Under the pieces are notes generated by a model that saw nothing but the letters and a program-made list of their open reading frames with translations, was not told the DNA's origin and ran no database searches. Source: a bacterium (GTDB taxonomy: Bacteria; Zhuqueibacterota; Zhuqueibacteria; Oceanimicrobiales; Oceanimicrobiaceae). Taken from it: 37,801 bases of DNA. Location of the stretch: positions 1 to 37,801 of the forward strand of contig JBHIAC010000016.1 of NCBI GenBank assembly GCA_046758365.1, written 5' to 3'. A program made the translations under genes and the position numbers. This document shows positions 10,524-22,049 of the stretch, piece by piece (positions within the stretch are counted from its first letter, which is position 1; each line of letters opens with the position of its first letter).

Positions 10524-11654
10524 ATGCACTTCGTAATCGACGCACATTTAGCTGTAAAAAAAATTGATGGGGTCGCCAGATATTTAATGGGTCTTTTATC
10601 CGAACTCCCCCAAATTGACAGGTCTATTCAGTACTCAATTCTGACTCTACCTCTTGAACATTCAAGCTTGCCCGAAGATATCTTTAAACAACCAAATGTT
10701 AACCGGGTCAGATTCAATTTAATAGGGCCGTCTCCAATACAGCATTTGAAGATGCGGAGTTTATTAAAAGACTTGAAAGCAGATCTTTATCATCATCCTC
10801 AATATGATTTGCCTTTTGGAGTGCAGGTCCCTTCGGTTGTAACTATTCACGATTTAAAATATCTCTTTCATGCGGAGTTTTTAAAGAAAGGAAGTCTACT
10901 AAAAAGCCTTTATATAAAGAAATCGCTTCAGCATACTATAAAGGCTGCAGACCAAATAATAGTCGCTTCGCAAAATACGCTGAGTGATTTAATAAAATTA
11001 TTTTCATTTGAGCAAGATAAAGTAACGATAATTTATCATGGCGTTAATCCTGCCTCGAAATCTTCTTCCAATCATAACCATGATTTCTTTGATATTCCAA
11101 ATGAATTTATTTTATTTGTGGGTACCCGTAGACCCCATAAAAATATTGAAGGATTAATTAAAGCATTAGCCATTTTGCGTAACAATCATAAACTTAATGT
11201 TGATTTGGTTATATCGGGCAAAGCCTACTCCGAATATTCAAAACCAGAGAAAGTGGTAAAAGAATTGGGTATCGAGACGCACACACATTTTTTAGATTTT
11301 GTTTCAGAGACAGAACTTACATCATTGTATCAGGCAGCCAAATTGGTAGCATTACCATCTTTCTATGAAGGGTTTGGCTTCCCATTGCTTGAAGCAATGT
11401 CTTATGGAAAACCTGTAATCGGATCCAATTTAAGCTCAATGCCTGAAGTGATTGGTAATGCCGGACTCTTGGTGGATCCTTATAATCCAAACGACATTGC
11501 TAAAAAAATCCATGAGATTATAACGGACTCCAATTTATACCAAAAGCTTTCAGAAGCAGGTCTGGAACGTTGCAAACAATTTTCTTGGAGTTCTGTTGCA
11601 AAAGCCACTTTTAATGTTTATATTAAGGCTTTAAAAATTAAAAAAATTAGCTAA
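10524..11654 (+). CDS. GT4 glycosyltransferase
   Basis: VVTIHDL, HKNIEGL and EGFGFPLLEAM motifs. Confidence 0.92.
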   Translation: MHFVIDAHLAVKKIDGVARYLMGLLSELPQIDRSIQYSILTLPLEHSSLPEDIFKQPNVNRVRFNLIGPSPIQHLKMRSLLKDLKADLYHHPQYDLPFGVQVPSVVTIHDLKYLFHAEFLKKGSLLKSLYIKKSLQHTIKAADQIIVASQNTLSDLIKLFSFEQDKVTIIYHGVNPASKSSSNHNHDFFDIPNEFILFVGTRRPHKNIEGLIKALAILRNNHKLNVDLVISGKAYSEYSKPEKVVKELGIETHTHFLDFVSETELTSLYQAAKLVALPSFYEGFGFPLLEAMSYGKPVIGSNLSSMPEVIGNAGLLVDPYNPNDIAKKIHEIITDSNLYQKLSEAGLERCKQFSWSSVAKATFNVYIKALKIKKIS

Positions 11655-12832
11655 TGTTAGATAAGCAGACTCGAATCCGTGTATTACATATCATAACGAA
11701 CCTCCCCATTGGCGGGGCGCAGGATAACACCCTCCTTACCGTAGAAAGATTAAACAGAAAAAAATTCGATGTAAGTCTCCTATGCTCCTCTGAAGGTCAA
11801 TGGTTGCAGCGGGCTCTACAAATAAAAGACCTGAATTTAATTTTTGTTGATGAACTAACTCGAAAAATCCAATTCGTTTATGACATTATTGCTTTTTGCA
11901 AAATTTATAACATCATCAAACGTGGAGGTTACACCATTGTCCATACCCACAGCTCCAAGCCGGGTTTCTTAGGCAGATTAGCTGCTAAGCTAGTTGGTGT
12001 TCCGATTATCGTTCATACCATCCATGGATTCCCTTTTCATGACTTTATGAATCCCATTGTAAAGCAATTTCTTATAATGATTGAGCGCTTCCTTTCGAAA
12101 ATTTCTGATAAACTTATTACGGTTTCAAAACTGAATCTGGAAAAGGCAGTAAAATTACGACTGGCAAAACGCAGTAAGTTTGTAAATGTTTATAGTGGTA
12201 TTGATTTTGAAAAATTTGAAGTGGATGTAGATGTGCAAACAAAAAAAAGGGAATTAGGGATTTTGAATAGTGAGAAAATAGTCGGAATGGTGGGCCGATT
12301 TTCAGTCCAAAAGGCACCATTAGATTTTATTAAAGCTATCCCGGAAGTAGTGAAAGCAAGAAATGATGTGCGATTTGTTCTGGTGGGGGATGGAGAATTA
12401 AGGGAGAAAATAAATAAGTTATCTAAAAAACTGCGGATAGATTCCAAATTGCACCTATTAGGGTTTCGTGAGGACATACCAGAACTTTTACACATTTTTG
12501 ATATATTTGTCTTGACCTCTTTATGGGAAGGGTTAGGCAGGTCTTTGACCGAAGCCATGTACACAGGACGGCCAGTTGTGGCTACCAATGTAGAAGGGGT
12601 TCCAGAGTTAGTTAAAAATGGAGAGACCGGCATTTTAGTCCATCCAAAAGACATTCAATCAATCGCCCAAGGTATTCTCACACTCTTATCTGACGAGCAA
12701 AGAGCCAAACAGATGGGTCATGTAGCAAAACAACGCATTACTAAGTCTTTTCGGGCGGATAAAATGGTCCAGGACTTAGAGAACGTTTATCATAAAATTA
12801 TTTTAGAAAAGAAGAAAAGTCTTATTTGCTAA
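11654..12832 (+). CDS. GT4 glycosyltransferase
   Basis: GGAQ, HTHSSKPG, HTIHG and EGLGRSLTEAM motifs; start overlaps the previous stop. Confidence 0.92.
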   Translation: MLDKQTRIRVLHIITNLPIGGAQDNTLLTVERLNRKKFDVSLLCSSEGQWLQRALQIKDLNLIFVDELTRKIQFVYDIIAFCKIYNIIKRGGYTIVHTHSSKPGFLGRLAAKLVGVPIIVHTIHGFPFHDFMNPIVKQFLIMIERFLSKISDKLITVSKLNLEKAVKLRLAKRSKFVNVYSGIDFEKFEVDVDVQTKKRELGILNSEKIVGMVGRFSVQKAPLDFIKAIPEVVKARNDVRFVLVGDGELREKINKLSKKLRIDSKLHLLGFREDIPELLHIFDIFVLTSLWEGLGRSLTEAMYTGRPVVATNVEGVPELVKNGETGILVHPKDIQSIAQGILTLLSDEQRAKQMGHVAKQRITKSFRADKMVQDLENVYHKIILEKKKSLIC

Positions 12833-14239
12833 ATGCCTAAATTTCTTGAAAAGTTTTTACTTCTTTTAATTGATTGTCTGGCGATTAATATCACCTTTTT
12901 TATTTGGACTTGGCTTCGAAAAGAAATGGGCTTTTTTGCAGAAACAGATTTTCTTACCCTTTTATACCTTTCTGTGTTTGTCTACATATTCTGGTTCTTT
13001 ATCTTTACATTTTTTGGCCTGTACGGATCTTGGTATGCTCAATCTCGAGTGGATGAGATCATCTCCATTTTTAAAGCAATTACTTTTGGTGTTTTTATCA
13101 TATTTCTCGTCACTTTTGACCTTGAAAAGGATTTGTCTCGGCCCCCTACTTTAAGCCGGATGTTTATTGTCAATTACTGGTTGATATTAATAGTATTTGT
13201 AACTGGATTCAGAGTAATTATTCGTACTTTTCAAAGAGCTTTATTATCTGCTGGCCTTGGTCATCGGAGAACCTTGATTGTTGGCTGGAGTAAAAGCAGT
13301 TGGGGATTGTCAGATGAAATATTGAAATTCCCAGCATTAGGCTACAAAGTTGTGGGTTTTGTAAGTGAAAAAAGATTTAATCACAATGAAACATTAACTT
13401 ATAAGCTTCTCCCTCTTTTAGGCAGTATTGAGGAAATTGAGCCTATTGTTAATAAAGAAAAAATCCAAGAAATTATATTTGCCATAAAAGGGAATTCCAA
13501 AAAAAAGATTATGGATGTCGTCAACCAATGCAATGGACTTCCAGTAAATTTTAAAATTGTCCCGGATCTATATGATATAGTTATGGGTCAAGCTCGCACC
13601 AATCAAATTTATGGCTTTCCATTCATTGATATTATGCCTCAATTCATGCCTGAATGGGAGCGTAAAATTAAACGACTCATGGATATCGTAATATCCAGTG
13701 CTATTATTATAATTATTTCTCCACTTTGGCTACTTATTGCTTTGGCCATTAAACTTGACTCTAAAGGTCCGGTGCTCTACAAACAGCAAAGAGTCGGCAA
13801 AGATGGCAAAGAGTTTACTATTTATAAATTTCGTTCCATGATTCATAAAGCAGAATCTGAGACCGGACCAAGATGGGCTGAACGCAAAGATCCTAGAATC
13901 ACTCGAGTAGGCCGAATAATCAGAAGAGCTCGTTTAGACGAAGTGCCACAGTTTTTTAATGTCTTAAAAGGTGAAATGAGTTTAATAGGGCCTCGACCTG
14001 AAAGACCCTATTTTGTTGAAAAATTTAAAAATCAAATCCCATTTTACACTCGCAGACTTAAAGTTCAACCTGGCATTACAGGCTGGGCCCAGATTAAGGG
14101 CGAATACGATACCTCGATAGAAAATGTCAAGACCAAACTCCAATATGATCTTTTCTATCTGGAGAATATGTCATTGAGAATGGATTTGAAAATATTATTA
14201 AATACCATCTATGTTATGTTTATGGGTAAGGGGCATTAA
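12833..14239 (+). CDS. Polyprenyl-phosphate sugar phosphotransferase (WcaJ/WbaP-like priming enzyme)
   Basis: KRLMDI, KFRSM, DPRITRVG, LDEVPQ, GPRPERP and PGITGWAQ motifs. Confidence 0.93.
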   Translation: MPKFLEKFLLLLIDCLAINITFFIWTWLRKEMGFFAETDFLTLLYLSVFVYIFWFFIFTFFGLYGSWYAQSRVDEIISIFKAITFGVFIIFLVTFDLEKDLSRPPTLSRMFIVNYWLILIVFVTGFRVIIRTFQRALLSAGLGHRRTLIVGWSKSSWGLSDEILKFPALGYKVVGFVSEKRFNHNETLTYKLLPLLGSIEEIEPIVNKEKIQEIIFAIKGNSKKKIMDVVNQCNGLPVNFKIVPDLYDIVMGQARTNQIYGFPFIDIMPQFMPEWERKIKRLMDIVISSAIIIIISPLWLLIALAIKLDSKGPVLYKQQRVGKDGKEFTIYKFRSMIHKAESETGPRWAERKDPRITRVGRIIRRARLDEVPQFFNVLKGEMSLIGPRPERPYFVEKFKNQIPFYTRRLKVQPGITGWAQIKGEYDTSIENVKTKLQYDLFYLENMSLRMDLKILLNTIYVMFMGKGH

Positions 14240-14324
14240 TTAAAGTACTTGATTTAAACTTTTTTATGTTTTTTTTAAAACACTCGCTCAAATAATTACA
14301 AATTAACTTTTTCCTTGGATTTAG

Positions 14325-15650
<1,326 letters not shown>

Positions 15651-15653
15651 ACC

Positions 15654-15802
15654 TATCATCAAATTAAACTTCGGAAGGGGCTGCCATTCGAAGTAAGAAT
15701 CCCAATAATACGACTATTAAGACATTCAAAGATGCCAATGCAGGTAAAAATATCGTCTATTGTGAAGATGCCAAAGATATGATTAGTAAGTTGAGAATTT
15801 AA
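15654..15802 (+). pseudogene. 5'-truncated, frameshifted RelB/DinJ-like antitoxin remnant
   Basis: Manual translation YHQIKLRKGLPFEVRIP / NNTTIKTFKDANAGKNIVYCEDAKDMISKLRI*, with one frameshift near 15703. Confidence 0.8.
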
Positions 15803-16035
15803 TGCATTTTGAGATTATCGGAAACATTGACAGGATTGAAACAATTGCAGTCGGCAAGTCCATTCGAGATATTACCCGCCTGCGGAAACAGTATGGTGCC
15901 GGGCGGTGGAGAAAGCTAAAGGGGATTGCAACCGTTCGCCTGTCTGATGGTACAATAAGAAAGGCTGAAATACACTGGTACGAAGCGCATGGCGTTGGCA
16001 GAAAGAAACTTAAGATCAAATATTTTGTGGATTAG
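15802..16035 (+). CDS. Small basic hypothetical protein (putative toxin-like)
   Basis: 77 aa, K/R-rich, WRKLKG and EIHWYEAHG motifs; first gene of a two-gene unit. Confidence 0.75.
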   Translation: MHFEIIGNIDRIETIAVGKSIRDITRLRKQYGAGRWRKLKGIATVRLSDGTIRKAEIHWYEAHGVGRKKLKIKYFVD

Positions 16036-16041
16036 GTAATT

Positions 16042-16272
16042 ATGAAAAAACACCATAATCAAGAAATTCATTTCGTGGTCTGCATTACTGATTGCGAGCC
16101 AGACTTGGAACGCCGCAAGGTTTACCAAGTTTTGCCGGATGAGTCCGCGGCCAAGGATAATTATGTTAGGGTGATTGATGAATCGGGCGAGGATTACTTA
16201 TATCCAGCGAGCTATTTTGTGACAATTGAATTACCGAAAACGGCACAAGAATCGCTGATTTTAGCGAGTTAA
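16042..16272 (+). CDS. Small acidic hypothetical protein (putative antitoxin/immunity-like)
   Basis: 76 aa, RVIDESGEDYLYP motif; starts 6 bp after its partner, AGGT RBS. Confidence 0.75.
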   Translation: MKKHHNQEIHFVVCITDCEPDLERRKVYQVLPDESAAKDNYVRVIDESGEDYLYPASYFVTIELPKTAQESLILAS

Positions 16273-16330
16273 TCCCTCCACCGCGGATGTCCCGACGACC
16301 CATTGACATCGGCAAAAATTCATAAGATAA

Positions 16331-16861
<531 letters not shown>

Positions 16862-16964
16862 ACAACAACCCTAATTTATTTTATTTATTCTCATAAACCT
16901 ATTCGAAATTGACTAATAAGAAATAATTCTGACTATTTTATTCGTGTTGCCCCTTTTAATAACT

Positions 16965-17124
16965 ACACTATTGTAAATTTAACATATTTGCTCTCTGAAT
17001 GTCATTCCAGCATGTTTTAAGCGGGAATCCATCAGTAAATTAGGCATGAGATTCCCGATAAAATTATTCGGGAATGACGATTTCGATTCGATTTACATGA
17101 CTTAGTTGAATTTTACAAGAGTCT
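16965..17124. repeat. Nested palindromic MITE/REP-like element
   Basis: GTCATTCC (17001) pairs with GGAATGAC (17071); CGGGAATC (17022) pairs with GATTCCCG (17050). Outer imperfect IR ACACTATTGTAAA / TTTACAAGAGTCT, 11/13. Confidence 0.75.
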
Positions 17125-17237
17125 TGTAATAAAAAGAATTAGTAAGCATTTTATTTGAAAAAATTATCTTGCTGTTCTCAAGTAGATACTCTATATTTTA
17201 TTATCTTATAGCAATTTGTGAGCAAAAGGCATTTTCT

Positions 17238-17756
17238 ATGACACAAAAAGAATTTATGAACCGCGTTGCAAATGGAAAAGAGGACATCTTACAACGCCTC
17301 CTTGATCTGTTAAATGAACATGAAATTGATTATTGTCTTATCGGTGGATTAGCTGTGAATGCCTATGTTGAACCTGTGGTAAGTTTGGATTTGGATATGG
17401 TAGTGGCTGCTGATGCAATAGATAAATTAAGCAAAGTTGCAGAAAAATTGTTTACAATAAAAAAGTTTCCTCATAGTTTGAATCTAAAAAGCCCACAATC
17501 TAATTTACGTATCCAATTGCAAACTAACTCCCGTTATCAATCTTTTATCAGTAGTGCCTCAAACAAAAAAGTAATGGGCTATACCATGAAGGTTGCCTCT
17601 TTGGAAGATGTCTTGAAAGGCAAAATTTGGGCCTATTCTGATGAGCAAAGGCGAAAAAGTAAACGACAAAAAGACTTAGCAGATATTTTTCGTTTAATTG
17701 AGGAATACCCACATCTGTCAGAATTATTGCCAGAATCTATAAAAACTATTGGATAA
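17238..17756 (+). CDS. Stand-alone nucleotidyltransferase-fold protein
   Basis: LIGGLAVNAY...SLDLD (GG plus DxD) and C-terminal K...KDLADI. ATG 17238 preferred over TTG 17169. Confidence 0.8.
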   Translation: MTQKEFMNRVANGKEDILQRLLDLLNEHEIDYCLIGGLAVNAYVEPVVSLDLDMVVAADAIDKLSKVAEKLFTIKKFPHSLNLKSPQSNLRIQLQTNSRYQSFISSASNKKVMGYTMKVASLEDVLKGKIWAYSDEQRRKSKRQKDLADIFRLIEEYPHLSELLPESIKTIG

Positions 17757-17779
17757 GAAACAGCATCTACTAATCGTAT

Positions 17780-17818
17780 TATAGTATTATCAAACAAATC
17801 TTTGTTTTTTGTGCAAAA
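17780..17818 (+). repeat. 39-bp dispersed repeat, copy B
   Basis: TATAGTATTATCAAACAAATCTTTGTTTTTTGTGCAAAA; inverted copy of 2811-2849. Confidence 0.9.
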
Positions 17819-17839
17819 GATCTCTACCAAAATATACTT

Positions 17840-17910
17840 CTAACGGATTAATAAACCTAACGGATATTTTTTTTAGCTTTTCCATCCGTTGGGTTATTTC
17901 TATCCGTTGG
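17840..17910. repeat. Inverted arms of 17-18-bp-period repeats with no gene between them
   Basis: CTAACGGAT at 17840 and 17857; ATCCGTTGG at 17884 and 17902. Confidence 0.85.
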
Positions 17911-18028
17911 CTTTAGTTGGAATTCCTGGCTATTGCTTTATAGGTATTCTCAGTGAACTCTGTATCCTAATATAATAAACTGCTGCGATAGGCGGTTTTT
18001 TTTGTGTCACAATGAATTTGAGGTTATA

Positions 18029-19441
18029 TTGGAAACAGTTGGCTGGCTTTCGATTCTTCCTCCTATTATTGCCATCATTTTAGCTATTTGGACTAAACAA
18101 GTATTTATTTCGCTATTTTTTGGCATCTGGTTAGGATGGTCAATTTTAGCTCACGGAAATCCTATTTCAGGACTTGCAGCAGCTTTGGAATCTTGCATCC
18201 GCGTCTTCGAGGATGGCGGCAACACAAAGGTCATTGCCTTTAGTGCCATGGTAGGTGCTCTGATAGCTTTTACCCAGCGTTCTGGCGGTGTGAATGGATT
18301 TATTCAATGGATTTTAGGGAAAGGTTTCGTAAAAGACCGAAGGAGCGCTGGACTTTTAGCTTGGATAATTGGCGTGGTGATCTTTGTGGAATCCAGCATT
18401 ACTTGCCTGGTGACAGGAGCCGTTTCTCGTCCTATATTTGATAAGTTAAAAATTTCAAGAGAAAAGTTGGCCTATATTTGTGATTCAACTTCTGCTCCGA
18501 TTTGTATTTTAATTCCATTAAATGGCTGGGGAGCTTATGTTATGGGACTTCTGGCAGCACAAAATGTTGACACCCCTTTTTTTACTTTGTTAAAATCGCT
18601 GCCTTTTAATTTATATGCTATTTTTGCCTTAGTCACAGTTCTTGTGGTAATTCTTACGGGCAAGGATTTCGGTCCTATGGCTAAAGCCGAAAAGAGAGCC
18701 AGAGAAGAAGGTAAGGTTTTGCGGGACGGAGCTGAGCCTTTGGTTTCTACTGAGATCATTGCCATTGCCACCAAGGAGAACGTGCGGCCCAAAGCAAAAA
18801 ACATGCTGATTCCCATAGCCGTAATGGTTTTCATGATGCCGATAGGTCTCTTGATTACCGGCCACGGAGATATTATGAAAGGCTCTGGTTCAACTTCTGT
18901 GTTTTGGGCCGTGTTGGCCGCGATTACTTTGGCGGGCAACTTGTATATGATTCAGGGCATTCTGAACCTCAGAGAAGTCGTAGACCTTTTTCTCAAAGGG
19001 ATTGGCGGACTGATGCCGTTAGCGCTACTTATGATGCTGGCGTTTGCCATTGGCAGTACCTGCAAAGAGTTGGGCACGGGTCCCTACGTGGCAAATTTAG
19101 CAAAGGCGTGGTTAAGTCCGAGCCTGGTGCCAACCATTTTATTTTTGGTTTCTTGTTTTATTGCGTTTTCAACCGGTACCTCCTGGGGGACTTTTGCCAT
19201 TATGATTCCTATTGGCATACCGATGATTGCTTTGATGGGTGCCAATTTGTATACAACCATCGGCGCCATACTTAGCGGCGGGATTTTTGGTGACCACTGT
19301 TCCCCCATTTCAGATACAACCATAATTTCATCTATGGCCTCTGCCTCTGATCATATTGACCATGTCAGAACGCAACTGCCCTATGCCTTGGTTGCCGCAG
19401 CTACTGCTTTGATTATTTATTTAATAATAAGCGTGTTTTGA
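18029..19441 (+). CDS. Na+/H+ antiporter NhaC-family transporter
   Basis: SREKLAYICDSTSAP, FSTGTSWGTF and GDHCSPISDTT motifs. GAGGT RBS precedes TTG 18029. Confidence 0.9.
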   Translation: METVGWLSILPPIIAIILAIWTKQVFISLFFGIWLGWSILAHGNPISGLAAALESCIRVFEDGGNTKVIAFSAMVGALIAFTQRSGGVNGFIQWILGKGFVKDRRSAGLLAWIIGVVIFVESSITCLVTGAVSRPIFDKLKISREKLAYICDSTSAPICILIPLNGWGAYVMGLLAAQNVDTPFFTLLKSLPFNLYAIFALVTVLVVILTGKDFGPMAKAEKRAREEGKVLRDGAEPLVSTEIIAIATKENVRPKAKNMLIPIAVMVFMMPIGLLITGHGDIMKGSGSTSVFWAVLAAITLAGNLYMIQGILNLREVVDLFLKGIGGLMPLALLMMLAFAIGSTCKELGTGPYVANLAKAWLSPSLVPTILFLVSCFIAFSTGTSWGTFAIMIPIGIPMIALMGANLYTTIGAILSGGIFGDHCSPISDTTIISSMASASDHIDHVRTQLPYALVAAATALIIYLIISVF

Positions 19442-19523
19442 AATTCTCAAGATGTCGTGTTCCGTTTTGATAATCTTCAGTTTTTAATAAATCAGGTGCT
19501 AAATTACTTCTTTATATTGAATT

Positions 19524-20948
19524 TCAACTGAAAATCGCTTTTAGAATATAGAAAAATAATATAGCCATACCAGCTCCAGCCGGTATGGTAACTAACCACG
19601 ACACGAGGATATCCCGTACGGTATTTAAATTTAACGCACCTATTCCGCGTGCCAGACCAACACCGAGTACTGCTCCAACCAAAGTATGCGTGGTAGAAAT
19701 GGGCAGGCTTAATTTTGAAGCAAGAACAATCGTGGTAGCGGCGCCAAATTCTGCTGAAAACCCACGGGTGGGGGTAAGTTCCGTAATCCTTTTTCCAACG
19801 GTTTCAATAACCCGCCAACCCCAAGTAGCCAGACCAAAGGTGATTCCGACTCCCCCCAGCGCCAGCACCCAGACGGGAACAGTAGTCTTCAATGCAACGA
19901 TGCCAGTTCTAAGAACCGCAATCACAGCAGAAAGTGGACCTATGGCATTTGCAACATCGTTAGCTCCATGGGCAAAAGCCACAAAGCAAGCACTTAATAT
20001 TTGTAAATAAACAAATATTCTTTCTACGGCATTATACTCAGAGCTCCCTACTTCTATTTCTGTTCCTTTTTTGACGGTATGCGACATGTCATCCACTATG
20101 TCTAAAACTCGAGATATTTGATATTGAAAGTCTCCAAGCGCCGCCGACTTTACCCGTTGTAATTGCTGTACCGCTTTGTCCAGTCCATTAATAACCTGGG
20201 GGGATTGAAATTTTCGAATTCTTTCAGGGCTGGGTTCCACGTGAATTCTTGAAGCCAACAAATAACTAACCCCGGCGCCCAGTAAACCTACCAACACCGC
20301 AGTAACCAAAGCCTGATGAAATGGAAGATTTAAATGTATATTTTTTAAACCTTTAAATACCATAACCAGAGTCAAAATAGCTAATACACAAAATACTAAA
20401 AAGGGGGTTAATTTCTTTGCTGCTTCAACTGGATTTAAGGCATAAAAAATTTTCCTTCGCAGCAAGCTAAATATTAAAAAGGAAATGGTTGCACTCAAGA
20501 ATGGAGAGACCACCCAACTCGCAACAATACTGCCTACTTTGTCCCAATGGATAGCATGCATCCCACCTACGACCACACCAAATCCTATAATTGAACCGAC
20601 AATAGAATGCGTTGTAGATACAGGCCAGCCGTAATAAGAAGCAATCTGCAGCCAAGCCGCAGCAGCAAGAAGCGCAGACAACATTCCGTACACAAATATC
20701 AAAGGATCGCTGGTAAAAATTTCTGGATTGACAATTCCTTTTCTCACTGTTTCAGAAACATGAGAACCGACAAACAGGGCACCAGAAAATTCCAAAATCG
20801 CTGCAAAAATTACAGCCCTTTTCAGGGTTAAAGCACCGGATCCCACTGAAGTACCCATTGCATTGGCGACATCGTTCGCACCAATGCTCCAGGCCATATA
20901 AAATCCAAAAATCACTGCGAGAGATATTAAAGTCGTTTCAATGCCCAT
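19524..20948 (-). CDS. pit: Inorganic phosphate transporter, PiT family
   Basis: Two GANDVAN signature motifs and two PxSTTH motifs; GGAGG RBS before ATG 20948. Confidence 0.95.
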   Translation of the reverse strand: MGIETTLISLAVIFGFYMAWSIGANDVANAMGTSVGSGALTLKRAVIFAAILEFSGALFVGSHVSETVRKGIVNPEIFTSDPLIFVYGMLSALLAAAAWLQIASYYGWPVSTTHSIVGSIIGFGVVVGGMHAIHWDKVGSIVASWVVSPFLSATISFLIFSLLRRKIFYALNPVEAAKKLTPFLVFCVLAILTLVMVFKGLKNIHLNLPFHQALVTAVLVGLLGAGVSYLLASRIHVEPSPERIRKFQSPQVINGLDKAVQQLQRVKSAALGDFQYQISRVLDIVDDMSHTVKKGTEIEVGSSEYNAVERIFVYLQILSACFVAFAHGANDVANAIGPLSAVIAVLRTGIVALKTTVPVWVLALGGVGITFGLATWGWRVIETVGKRITELTPTRGFSAEFGAATTIVLASKLSLPISTTHTLVGAVLGVGLARGIGALNLNTVRDILVSWLVTIPAGAGMAILFFYILKAIFS

Positions 20949-21011
20949 GCATACCTCCAAAATTCATATAATTGTCTCCGGGCTGGAATATAATATAGAT
21001 TAAATGGTGTG

Positions 21012-21686
21012 TCATTTAATTTCTAGGGTCGCACGCACTCGGTCCCCTAAATTCTCTGATAAATCAGAAATAGCCCCTATCGTTTCAATAATTCGTAGCC
21101 ATAGAATAAAAGAACTGTAGGATATTCTCTTTTCAAGACTAAATAAATTTCTAAGAAGTGTTTGTTGTAAAAGATCGGATTCATGCTCTTTGTAAGCGAC
21201 TTCGTCCACCATCGTTTTAACTTTTTCTGCTTCAATACCTCCAAAGGATGATTCAAGGAGTTCATCCATTTTCTGAATGATTCGCTGCGCCACATTAAAC
21301 GATTCTATATTTTTTGCAAGAAAAGCCTTAAAATCATCCTTCAATTCTGCTGGCATATCTAATTTCTGTAAAATCAACAAGTGACCGATGTCCTCGGCTT
21401 TATCAGCGATGCTGTCCTGAATTGCCAAAATTTCCAAAAGGTTCCCCTTATCTACCGGCAAAAACAACCCTTTTGGGAGATTGTTGCGAATTTCATTTTT
21501 TGTCAGGTCTGCCGTATGTTCTAATTCAGACACCTCTTTGGCAAGATTTTCAACTGTGTTTTGGTTACCCTTTTGAATAGCCTCAAAAAATTCTCCAACT
21601 TTATGAACACAGTCGGCGACCTTATTCATGTGTGACTGAAGCGGAGCAAAAGGTGAACGCCCAAATAACCTGGCTATTGTACGCAT
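21012..21686 (-). CDS. DUF47/TIGR00153 Pit accessory protein (PhoU-like)
   Basis: LFGRSPF, LEHTAD, QDSIAD and EHESD repeats; directly upstream of pit. Confidence 0.9.
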   Translation of the reverse strand: MRTIARLFGRSPFAPLQSHMNKVADCVHKVGEFFEAIQKGNQNTVENLAKEVSELEHTADLTKNEIRNNLPKGLFLPVDKGNLLEILAIQDSIADKAEDIGHLLILQKLDMPAELKDDFKAFLAKNIESFNVAQRIIQKMDELLESSFGGIEAEKVKTMVDEVAYKEHESDLLQQTLLRNLFSLEKRISYSSFILWLRIIETIGAISDLSENLGDRVRATLEIK

Positions 21687-22049
21687 TTTAGTCTTCCTTA
21701 TCTTAATCTTATAGTTATTATTAATAAGCCCATTCTTTCATTAACACCTGGTGAAGTGCGGCAATCTTTTTGATTATTCTTTAAGGTTCACGATAAGTTA
21801 AATATATAACTTCGAAAATCTTTTGCAATGGATTTTTAATTCGAGACAAAATTTCCTTGATTGTATTGAGCGAAATTATTATATTTGTGTAGCAAGATTT
21901 TTCAGTCAGTTTGTAACTTTAGTCTCAACATTCAAAAATACCGAAGAAGAGTTGTAAAGCGTTACAAAGATTTATTCACAATCATGAAATTCTAACCCGG
22001 AGGAGCTGGAACCAAAGATTTGCCTGAAGAGGGAATAAGGAGAGTTGAT

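Noticed and set aside
1..14239. tRNA-Asn-anchored genomic island
   Set aside because: The locus lies on the tRNA 5' side; I saw no integrase or tRNA-fragment repeat.
17840..17910. CRISPR array, here or at the other repeats
   Set aside because: Units are short and inverted, with no unique spacers and no cas genes.
17911..18003. Riboswitch or attenuator before the NhaC gene (AAACTGC...GCGGTTT plus T-run)
   Set aside because: No recognisable aptamer and a weak stem. TATAAT at 17971 may instead be a promoter. An Rfam scan is needed.
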